In this document: piece after piece, positions 1 to 6,201 of the stretch
Layout: every line of letters begins with the position of its first letter
Numbering within the stretch: position 1 is the first letter of the stretch
Assembly (NCBI GenBank): GCA_017547085.1
Contig: JAFYQM010000041.1
Coordinates: 1-13,012 of the forward strand
DNA: 13,012 nt
Direction of reading: 5' to 3'
DNA from: Oscillibacter sp.
GTDB taxonomy: Bacteria > Bacillota > Clostridia > Oscillospirales > Oscillospiraceae
Notes under the pieces: model-generated
Database searches by the model: none
What the model saw: the letters and a program-made list of their open reading frames with translations, nothing else
What the model was told of the DNA's origin: nothing
Position numbers and translations under genes: made by a program

Positions 1-925
1 GCTGAGTCAGGTCATAGTTGGTACGGTCGGCAATGCCCCACAGCTCGCCCCAGCCGAAGGGGAACATGAACTCGAAGTCGGTGGTGGCCTTGGAGTAAAA
101 GCTCAGCTCCTCGGGATCGTGGTCGCGCAGACGCAGGTTCTCATCGGCCATATTCAGACCCAGCAGCCACTGGTGGCAGAAATTACGCCAGTAAGCGAAC
201 CACTCCAGATCGGTGTCGGGCTTGCAGAAGAACTCCAGCTCCATCTGCTCGAACTCACGGGTACGGAAAGTGAAGTTGCCCGGAGTAATCTCGTTACGGA
301 AGGACTTGCCGATCTGGCACACGCCAAAGGGCAGCTTGCGGCGAGTAGTGCGCTGCACGTTCTGGAAGTTGACGAAAATGCCCTGAGCAGTCTCGGGACG
401 CAGATACACGGTGTTCTTGGCATCCTCAGTGACACCCTGGAAGGTCTTGAACATCAGGTTGAACTGACGGATATCGGTCCAGTTGTGCTTGCCGCAGGTG
501 GGGCAGCCAATGTTGTGGTCAGCCACGAAAGCAGCCATTTCCTGCTGGGAGAATGCATCGATGGGCTTCTCCAGCTCATAATTGTTCTCAGCGCACCAGT
601 CCTCGATGACCTTGTCGGCGCGGAAACGCTCGTGGCACTCCTTGCAGTCCATCAGAGGATCGGAGAAGCCGCCCAGATGGCCGGAAGCGACCCAGGTCTG
701 GGGATTCATCAGAATGGCGGAGTCCTGACCCACGTTGTAGGGGTTCTCCTGCACGAACTTTTTCCACCATGCCTTCTTCACGTTGTTTTTCAGCTCCACG
801 CCGAGGGGGCCGTAGTCCCAGGTGTTTGCCAGACCGCCGTAAATTTCGCTGCCGGCGAAAATAAAGCCGCGGCCTTTGCACAGTGCGACGATTTTCTCCA
901 TCGTCTTTTCGGTGTTCTTCATCAT
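1..925 (-). CDS. glyQS: glycine--tRNA ligase (dimeric GlyQS type), N-terminal ~308 codons; the 3' end lies beyond the window start
   Basis: Absent from the ORF track because there is no stop codon in the window. Hand translation of the reverse strand from ATG 925..923 gives [104 protein letters not shown]...[34 protein letters not shown]..., open to position 1. The SEIYGG..TWDYGP and FRNEI.P....R.REF.Q.E.E.F motifs are typical of alpha2 GlyRS. GGAG (938..935) lies 9 nt upstream of the ATG. A glycine T-box leader sits directly upstream. Confidence 0.9.
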   Translation of the reverse strand, partial: MMKNTEKTMEKIVALCKGRGFIFAGSEIYGGLANTWDYGPLGVELKNNVKKAWWKKFVQENPYNVGQDSAILMNPQTWVASGHLGGFSDPLMDCKECHERFRADKVIEDWCAENNYELEKPIDAFSQQEMAAFVADHNIGCPTCGKHNWTDIRQFNLMFKTFQGVTEDAKNTVYLRPETAQGIFVNFQNVQRTTRRKLPFGVCQIGKSFRNEITPGNFTFRTREFEQMELEFFCKPDTDLEWFAYWRNFCHQWLLGLNMADENLRLRDHDPEELSFYSKATTDFEFMFPFGWGELWGIADRTNYDLTQ

Positions 926-965
926 GGTATTTTGCTCCTTTTTGTCAGATTCTGGCTCAAGGCGC

Positions 966-1001
966 AAAAAAACGCCCCAAGCCGATTGTCGGCTCAGGGC
1001 G
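966..1001 (-). terminator. Intrinsic terminator of the T-box expression platform
   Basis: The reverse strand reads CGCCCUGAGCCGA-CAA-UCGGCUUGGGGCG, a 13-bp stem (two G-U pairs) with a 3-nt loop. It is followed immediately by UUUUUUU (972..966), about 40 nt upstream of the glyQS ATG. Confidence 0.8.
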
Positions 1002-1199
1002 AGTAGATGTTTACCCGCGGTTCCACCTGAATTCGTATCTGGCTGATACGCACTCTTGCCCGATAACGGCGGGATGCCGGCGGAGAATTTCCTCTCCGCT
1101 GCTCAAGGGGGCCTTCTCTCCCGTTCCGGCAAAGGCTTGCACCAACCGCCTTCTCTCTGTATCCGGATACCCGGGGATACTCTTCCCTGTCAACGCAGT
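966..1199 (-). promoter_or_regulatory. T-box riboswitch leader (tRNA-Gly responsive, GGC specifier) controlling glyQS
   Basis: The reverse strand reads CUGCGUUGACAGGGAAGAGUA ... AGAGA ... GGUGCAA ... GAGAAGGCCCCCUUGAGCAG. This is co-linear with Stem I of the B. subtilis glyQS leader as I recall it (UGCGAUGAGAAGAAGAGUA ... GAAGGCACUUCGAGCA). The GGC specifier is at 1113..1111. The conserved T-box sequence AAUUCAGGUGGAACCGCGGGUAA is at 1033..1011. A terminator hairpin and U-tract follow, then the glyQS RBS. Confidence 0.85.
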
Positions 1200-1205
1200 A
1201 GGGAC

Positions 1206-1234
1206 ATTTTAATATGAACGTTGCAGGATGTCAA
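1206..1234 (-). promoter_or_regulatory. Sigma-70/SigA-type promoter for the glyQS leader
   Basis: The reverse strand shows TTGACA (1234..1229), a 17-nt spacer, and TAAAAT (1211..1206). This places a start near 1199, just where Stem I of the T-box begins. Confidence 0.6.
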
Positions 1235-1516
1235 GCATTTGCCGTGTTTTCCTTTGGTTTTCAAAAAATATTGCACTTTCTTCTTTTTCTTATTCTTATG
1301 GGGAGAGATCTTTGGCGCTTGGATTCCACCTCCGGAGAACATCGTATCATCACTGTACCTTGCCGCGGCGAACGGGTCTTTTACGGAATAGACCCTTGCG
1401 CGCCCAGCGCTGAAAGCCGATTCAAATGAGTTGTTTCTTGTCCGCACCCAGCGGTTTCTTTTGGACCGTGCACGGCCCGTTTTCTTTGTCTCAATCAAAG
1501 AAAATGGGGGGTGCAT

Positions 1517-1548
1517 AAAAAAGACCAGCCCTTTCGGACTGGTCTTTT
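1517..1548 (-). terminator. Intrinsic terminator downstream of jag (hairpin is bidirectional in shape)
   Basis: AAAAGACCAG (1519..1528) pairs with CTGGTCTTTT (1539..1548) around a 10-nt loop. On the reverse strand the stem is followed by a U-run (complement of A 1517..1522), 7 nt after the jag stop (1555..1557). Confidence 0.75.
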
Positions 1549-1554
1549 CAAAAC

Positions 1555-2373
1555 TCATCGCTTGTCGCGGTCGTAGGCCACAATCACGCGGCGGTTGGGG
1601 TCAACACCGGTAGAATAGGTGGTGACGCCGGGCACATCCTGCAGAGCGGTGTGGATCACATGGCGCTCATAGGCGTTCATGGGCTCCAGCGTGACGCTGC
1701 GGCGGTACTTGACCACCTTGCCAGCCACCTTCTTTGCCAGATGCTGCAGGCTCTGCTCTCGCTTTTCGCGGTAGCCCTCTGCATCCAGCTGGACGCGGAC
1801 ACGGCCACCGGTACGGTTGACGGCATAGCTGGTCAGCTGCTGAATGGCATCCAGCGTTTCGCCGCGGCGACCGATCAGGGCGCCCAGGCTCTCGCCCACC
1901 AGCAGGACCTTGTAACGGCCCTTCTCCACCAGATACACCTGCACGGAAGCGCTGCTGCCCATCTGGGCCAGCAGGCCGGTCAGGAAGGTGCGGATGGCAT
2001 TGGACTTTTCATCGTCCACTTCCTCGCCCAGATCCTCGGCAGCGGTTGCTGCGGGGACGGGAGCGGGCTCGGAAACCTGCTCCTTCTTGGGAGCGGCAGG
2101 CTTTTCAGCCTTTTTCTCCACTTTCTTTTCGGGCTTCTTCTCAGCCTTCTTTTCAGGCTTCTTCTCGGGAACCGGCTTCACTTCGGGAAGTTCTTCCTCT
2201 TCGCCGTAGCTCACACGGATCTTTGCAGGACAGCTGCCGATGCCAAGAAAGCCGGATTTTGCACGTTCAAGGATCTCAACGGAGACATCGTCACGATCCA
2301 TGCCCAGCTGTGCCAGCGCGTTGGCAATGGCCTCTTCCTCATTCTTGCCCGTTACCTCGATAAACTCTCTCAT
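1555..2373 (-). CDS. jag: Jag/KhpB (SpoIIIJ-associated) RNA-binding protein: Jag_N, Lys/Glu/Pro-rich linker, KH and R3H domains
   Basis: 272-aa ORF. The N-terminus MREFIEVTGKNEEEAIANALAQLGMDRDDVSVEILERAKSGFLGIG is typical of Jag_N. The C-terminal part (LIGRRGETLDAIQQL ... EPMNAYERHVIHTALQ) matches KH plus R3H. AGGAG lies 6 nt upstream. It sits in the conserved position directly downstream of yidC. Confidence 0.9.
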   Translation of the reverse strand: MREFIEVTGKNEEEAIANALAQLGMDRDDVSVEILERAKSGFLGIGSCPAKIRVSYGEEEELPEVKPVPEKKPEKKAEKKPEKKVEKKAEKPAAPKKEQVSEPAPVPAATAAEDLGEEVDDEKSNAIRTFLTGLLAQMGSSASVQVYLVEKGRYKVLLVGESLGALIGRRGETLDAIQQLTSYAVNRTGGRVRVQLDAEGYREKREQSLQHLAKKVAGKVVKYRRSVTLEPMNAYERHVIHTALQDVPGVTTYSTGVDPNRRVIVAYDRDKR

Positions 2374-2385
2374 AACGGCTCCTTA

Positions 2386-3543
2386 TTAATCGTCGTAGCG
2401 GTCAGCCTTGTAAGCGCGGCCACGGGCATAGGGACGGTCACCGACGCGGCCCGCCTCCGTGGTGCTGGTACCGGCCTTGGCGGCCTTGGCAGCCTTCGCC
2501 TTCTGGGCGGCTTCCCGCTTTTCCTTCAGGCTCTGCTTCTGCTCTACCTGCTGCTTACGCTGTTCCTGCAGGACGCGGGCTTCTTCCTGACGGCGCTTGC
2601 GGTCTGCTTCGCGGGCCTCATAGCGGGCGTCTTCCTCTTCCTGCATTTTCTTGTTCAAGAATTTGGTCATAAAGACTTCCTGGATCAGGGAGAAAATGCT
2701 CTGTGCGATCCAGTAAATGCCCAGTGCAGCGGGCATGATAAATGCGATGTAAACACTCATCAAGGGCATCATATACATCATGCTCTTCATGGAGTTGCCG
2801 GCTGCGCCCTGGCTGGGATTGGTCTTCATGGTGTACCAGCTCATCAGCAGCTGGAAACCACCTGCCAGAATGGGGATCAGGATCAAACCGATGGCAGCCC
2901 AGCCAAAGGTGAAATTCTTCACCATATCCCAGGGATTGGTGGTCAGATTCAGACCGATGAAATCATAGTTCACGTTGATCCAGCCATCCAGACCTTCTGC
3001 CAGCTCAGGCAGCTTGGAATTGATGATGTTGACCAGGTTGATCTCGCCATAGGCAGTCAGCTGAGTCACGCCGTCCTTCACGACTTCCACGCCATCCTTC
3101 ATCTGAACGATGGTGGACATGTCGATACCGGCGGCCTTTACAGAGGTCAGCAGACCCTCCAGCACATCCTCCTTCAGCATCATGAAGCGGGTGATGGGCT
3201 GGCGAATGATGGAGTACAGTGCGATCAGAATGGGCAGGGGCAGGAAGCTCCAGAGGCAGCCACTCATGGGGTTGACGCCTTCCTCCGCATACAGCTTCTG
3301 CATTTCCTCATTCATTTTTGCCTGATTGTTGGCATACTTCTTCTGGATCTCCTGCACCTTACCGCTCAAGCGGTTCATGCGGATCATGCTCTTCTTGGAC
3401 TTGATCTGGAAGGGCAGCATGATGACCTTGATGGCCAGAGTGAACAGAATGATAGCCACGCCGTAGGAACCTGTCAGATTGTAGAACACTCTGAGCAGCC
3501 AGGCAAAGGGGATACAAATCAGGTATCCAAGGCTTGCAAACAT
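2386..3543 (-). CDS. yidC: YidC/Oxa1-family membrane protein insertase with a long basic C-terminal tail
   Basis: 385-aa ORF. It shows TM1, then a charged coiled-coil hairpin (KSKKSMIRMNRLSGKVQEIQKKYANNQAKMNEEMQKLYAEEGVNP), then GCLWSFLPLPILIALY (TM2), then FIGLNLTTNPWD before TM3. This is the standard YidC core order. GGAGG lies upstream of ATG 3543..3541. Synteny is rnpA-yidD-yidC-jag. Confidence 0.92.
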   Translation of the reverse strand: MFASLGYLICIPFAWLLRVFYNLTGSYGVAIILFTLAIKVIMLPFQIKSKKSMIRMNRLSGKVQEIQKKYANNQAKMNEEMQKLYAEEGVNPMSGCLWSFLPLPILIALYSIIRQPITRFMMLKEDVLEGLLTSVKAAGIDMSTIVQMKDGVEVVKDGVTQLTAYGEINLVNIINSKLPELAEGLDGWINVNYDFIGLNLTTNPWDMVKNFTFGWAAIGLILIPILAGGFQLLMSWYTMKTNPSQGAAGNSMKSMMYMMPLMSVYIAFIMPAALGIYWIAQSIFSLIQEVFMTKFLNKKMQEEEDARYEAREADRKRRQEEARVLQEQRKQQVEQKQSLKEKREAAQKAKAAKAAKAGTSTTEAGRVGDRPYARGRAYKADRYDD

Positions 3544-3668
3544 AGTTGTTTCCTCCGAGTTTTAATCAAGCCGCTTTTCTACATATAAAAAAACAGCTTT
3601 TGCGCCCCGCGGGCGCATGACCGGTCAAAGAACCGGACGGGGAAAGCGGGAGCAAAACTCCCTTTTTG

Positions 3669-3878
3669 TCACGGGACGGGGTCGTATCCTCCCTTGTGAA
3701 ACGGATTGCAGCGCAAGATCCGCCTGAAAGCCAGCCAGCCGCCCTTCAGGGCGCCGTATTTTTCAATGGCCTCCAGCGCGTATTGAGAACAGGTGGGGAT
3801 ATAGTTGCAGCAGCGGGGCCGGTACGGCGAGATCGCCGTCTGATAAAACCGAATCAGCGCTTTCAGCACATGCTTCAT
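3669..3878 (-). CDS. yidD: Membrane protein insertion efficiency factor YidD
   Basis: Taking the internal ATG at 3878..3876 gives 69 aa: [69 protein letters not shown], which carries the YidD signature (C.Y.PTCS.Y ... RI.RC.P). This start overlaps the rnpA stop (ATGA at 3878..3875). The 106-aa version in the track would overlap rnpA by over 100 nt and is rejected. Confidence 0.9.
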   Translation of the reverse strand: MKHVLKALIRFYQTAISPYRPRCCNYIPTCSQYALEAIEKYGALKGGWLAFRRILRCNPFHKGGYDPVP

Positions 3879-4216
3879 GGCTTGTCCTCCAGCAGATCCA
3901 GCTTCCCGCACAGCTTTAAAAAGCTGTTGTTCAGCTCTTCCCACGAGACGGTTGCCGTCCGCGTACGGGCCACCAGAATGATGTCCCATCCCTGCTTCAG
4001 CGCTCCGCTATGGAGGCGATAAACCTCCCGCAGACGGCGCCGGCAGCGGTTACGCACCACGGCATGTCCCAACTTCGTGGATGCCGTCAGGCCCAGACGG
4101 TTTCTGCCCAGCCGGTTTTTCCGGCAGTAGAGCACCATCACTCCGCTGACAGCCGACGCACCCTTGTAGGTCCGGCGAAACTCGTGATTTTCTTTCAGTG
4201 TGACCGCTCGCTTCAT
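3875..4216 (-). CDS. rnpA: Ribonuclease P protein component
   Basis: The sequence [64 protein letters not shown]... is a basic protein with the RNR.KR.LRE motif. ATG 4216..4214 is preceded by GGTGG 8 nt upstream. The GTG at 4228 used by the track is less likely. It lies immediately downstream of rpmH, as is usual. Confidence 0.9.
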   Translation of the reverse strand: MKRAVTLKENHEFRRTYKGASAVSGVMVLYCRKNRLGRNRLGLTASTKLGHAVVRNRCRRRLREVYRLHSGALKQGWDIILVARTRTATVSWEELNNSFLKLCGKLDLLEDKP

Positions 4217-4231
4217 GTCATGCACCACCTT

Positions 4232-4301
4232 TTGAACAGAAACTCAATAAGGGACGGAGGAATCTCACAAATTCCAACCGTCCCTGAAGACGTCTGTTCA
4301 A
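4232..4301 (-). promoter_or_regulatory. Nested stem-loop in the rpmH-rnpA spacer (possible attenuator, partial terminator or processing element)
   Basis: The outer 9-bp arms TTGAACAGA (4232..4240) and TCTGTTCAA (4293..4301) are perfect reverse complements. The inner 8-bp stem is AGGGACGG (4250..4257) with CCGTCCCT (4278..4285). A further GGAAT/ATTCC stem lies in the apical part. On the reverse strand the inner stem is followed by UAUUGAGUUUCUGUU, and the outer 3' arm abuts the rnpA RBS. Confidence 0.4.
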
Positions 4302-4325
4302 GTGTCTCCCGCACTTCCGTTTCTC

Positions 4326-4466
4326 TTAGTAGGACAGACGGGCGCGGCCCTTGGCGCGGCGACGTGCCAGGACCTTGCGGCCATTGGCGGTTGCCATTCT
4401 CTTGCGGAAGCCGTGGACCTTCTGGCCGTGCAGCTTCTTGGGCTGATAGGTACGTTTCGTTGCCAT
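4326..4466 (-). CDS. rpmH: 50S ribosomal protein L34
   Basis: Not in the ORF track (46 aa). Hand translation gives [46 protein letters not shown], then TAA at 4328..4326. GGAGG lies upstream (ACAGGAGGTGTCTCAAC-ATG). The sequence is canonical L34, and the position next to rnpA and divergent from dnaA is standard. Confidence 0.95.
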   Translation of the reverse strand: MATKRTYQPKKLHGQKVHGFRKRMATANGRKVLARRRAKGRARLSY

Positions 4467-4577
4467 GTTGAGACACCTCCTGTCAGATTTCCGGCCGTCC
4501 GAAGACGGCGCTTACTCGACACCATTCCGAAGAATGGAGCAGTAAACAATATTCAGGCGCCTTGCGACGCATCGTGT

Positions 4578-4607
4578 AGTATAACATATTTTATCAAATG
4601 GTGTCAA
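4578..4607 (-). promoter_or_regulatory. Promoter of the rpmH-rnpA operon
   Basis: The reverse strand shows TTGACA (4607..4602), an 18-nt spacer, and TGTTATACT, i.e. an extended -10 (TATACT at 4583..4578). It sits about 105 nt upstream of the rpmH ATG. Confidence 0.6.
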
Positions 4608-4764
4608 CAAAAACTTAAAAGTTCTGCAAAAATAAGCCTTTTTCTGAACTTTCAAAAAGAAAATTCAAAATGTAGTGGAACTCAGCTTTACAGGTAACTA
4701 TATATAGTTTCGTTTTTTGGCCTTTACCCTGTTTAAAAATTGATTCTTTATATTAGAATATGTA

Positions 4765-4793
4765 TTGCTTCAAGTACGTTTTTTTGGTATAAT
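4765..4793 (+). promoter_or_regulatory. Candidate dnaA promoter (extended -10)
   Basis: TTGCTT (4765..4770), a 17-nt spacer, and TGGTATAAT (TG at 4785..4786, TATAAT at 4788..4793). A second TATAAT lies at 4802..4807. Both are about 80-95 nt upstream of the dnaA start, in an AT-rich spacer. Confidence 0.5.
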
Positions 4794-4883
4794 GGTAAGT
4801 GTATAATAATGGCTTTCTGTGTGCCTGTGCCCATGGAAGGCAGTCTGTTTTTCCGATTTTGACTGAAAAGTGAGGTGTTTCTT

Positions 4884-6200
4884 TTGAATTCCATCGCTGA
4901 TGTATGGGACAACGTACTGCAGCAACTGAAAAAAGAACTGTCCGAAACCACCATCTCCACCTGGTTTGACGAGATGGAGGCTGTGGCCATCCGGGACAAT
5001 ACCTTTATTCTCCACTGCAGCAACGATTTCAAAAAAAGCAATATTGAGGCGCTGTTCATGCACCACATCAAGGCATGCCTGCGCAACATCTTCTCCATGG
5101 ATTTTGAGGTCCGGATTCTGGACACGCCCTCCTTCGCCGCCATTTACAATCAGGCTGAAGTCAAGCCCTCCGAGTATTTTGCAACGGACGGCTTCACCTT
5201 TGATACCTTCGTGGTAGGCCCCTCCAACAAGCTTGCCTACGCGGCCTCCCAGTCCGTGGCGGAGCATCCCGCCCGCAACTACAACCCCCTGCTGATCTAC
5301 GGTGATTCCGGTCTGGGCAAGACCCACCTGCTCTACGCCATTGCCAACGTGATCCGCCGGAACAACCCGGGTGCCAAGATCGCCTATGTGAAGGGCGACG
5401 ATTTTATCAACGAGTTCATCGAGCTAATCCGTACCGGCCGCGGCAATGAATTCCGCGCCAAGTATCGTGAGGCCGACCTGCTGCTGGTGGACGACGTGCA
5501 GTTCGTCGCCGGTAAGGAGCAGGTGCAGAACGAGTTCTTCCACACCTTCAATACGCTGTATGAATCCGGCCACCAGATCGTTTTGACCTCCGACCGTCCG
5601 CCCTCTGAAATGACGCTGCTGGATGACCGTCTGCGCACCCGCTTTGAATGGGGCCTGCTGGTGGACGTGGCACCTCCCGACTATGAGACCCGTCTTGCCA
5701 TCATTAAGAACAAGGCCGCCCTGCTGGGACTGGAGCTGCCGGACAAGGTGGCCCACTATGTGGCAAAGAACGTCACGGCCAACGTCCGTCAGCTGGAAGG
5801 TACGATTAATAAGATTCTGGCCTACAAAGATCTGCTGGGCAGCGACACCGATGAGGAGACCGTCAACCGCGCCATTCAGGACATCCTGAAACGCAGCAGC
5901 GAGTATATTCCCACCCCCGAAAGCATTCTCGAATACATCAGCAAGTATTACAAACTGGAGGAATCCGTCATCCGCGGCCAGCAGCGCATCCGTGACGCGG
6001 TAGCTGCCCGCCAGATCGCCATGTATCTGATCCGCAGCATGACGAATCTTTCTCTGGACGATATCGGCAAGCTGTTTGACAACCGTGACCACTCCACCGT
6101 CCTCTACTCCATCCAGCAGGTGGAGAAGAAGATGAAGAGCGATCCCGCCTTCGCGGAAACGGTGAAAGAAGTCAAAACCAACATCAATTCCAAGCGCTGA
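4884..6200 (+). CDS. dnaA: Chromosomal replication initiator protein DnaA
   Basis: The ORF carries Walker A GDSGLGKTHLL, Walker B LLLVDDVQF, the AAA+ sensor region, and the C-terminal DNA-binding helix-turn-helix (IAMYLIRSMTNLSLDDIGKLFDNRDHSTVLYS). I prefer the TTG start at 4884 (GAGG at 4872..4875, 8-nt spacing; protein starts MNSIADVWDNVL). The track uses the in-frame GTG at 4875, which overlaps that Shine-Dalgarno sequence. Confidence 0.95.
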   Translation: MNSIADVWDNVLQQLKKELSETTISTWFDEMEAVAIRDNTFILHCSNDFKKSNIEALFMHHIKACLRNIFSMDFEVRILDTPSFAAIYNQAEVKPSEYFATDGFTFDTFVVGPSNKLAYAASQSVAEHPARNYNPLLIYGDSGLGKTHLLYAIANVIRRNNPGAKIAYVKGDDFINEFIELIRTGRGNEFRAKYREADLLLVDDVQFVAGKEQVQNEFFHTFNTLYESGHQIVLTSDRPPSEMTLLDDRLRTRFEWGLLVDVAPPDYETRLAIIKNKAALLGLELPDKVAHYVAKNVTANVRQLEGTINKILAYKDLLGSDTDEETVNRAIQDILKRSSEYIPTPESILEYISKYYKLEESVIRGQQRIRDAVAARQIAMYLIRSMTNLSLDDIGKLFDNRDHSTVLYSIQQVEKKMKSDPAFAETVKEVKTNINSKR

Positions 6201-6201
6201 T

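Noticed and set aside
119-1006. 295-aa plus-strand ORF (plus the small minus ORFs 154..435 and 588..881)
   Set aside because: It lies antisense or out of frame to a clearly recognisable GlyRS reading frame and runs through the T-box terminator. Its composition is low-complexity (Leu/Val/Ala/Gly/His) and it has no RBS. It is a mirror-frame artefact of GC-rich coding DNA.
1190-1558. 122-aa minus-strand ORF, and the plus ORFs 1214..1429, 1228..1413 and 1431..1613, in the jag-glyQS spacer
   Set aside because: They overlap the jag terminator and/or the glyQS promoter and lack Shine-Dalgarno sequences. The only SD-like GGGGAGAG (1300..1307) is 4 nt from an in-frame TTG that gives an Arg-rich 34-aa peptide. 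The translations are basic and low-complexity. I treat the region as non-coding (see finding).
2083-2190. Short tandem DNA repeats that might suggest a repeat array or CRISPR
   Set aside because: They are in frame within jag and encode the KK[P/A/V]E linker. There are no spacers and no repeat-spacer periodicity.
1651-3588. 645-aa plus-strand ORF, the longest in the track
   Set aside because: It runs antisense across both jag and yidC, including their intergenic RBS. The sequence is repetitive Leu/Gly/Ala/His/Gln with no motif. The opposite strand encodes two unmistakable conserved proteins.
4809-4862. 17-codon upstream ORF (MAFCVPVPMEGSLFFRF) in the dnaA leader
   Set aside because: It has no Shine-Dalgarno sequence, and its start sits at or upstream of the likely transcription start from the TATAAT at 4802..4807. 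There is no evidence that it is translated.
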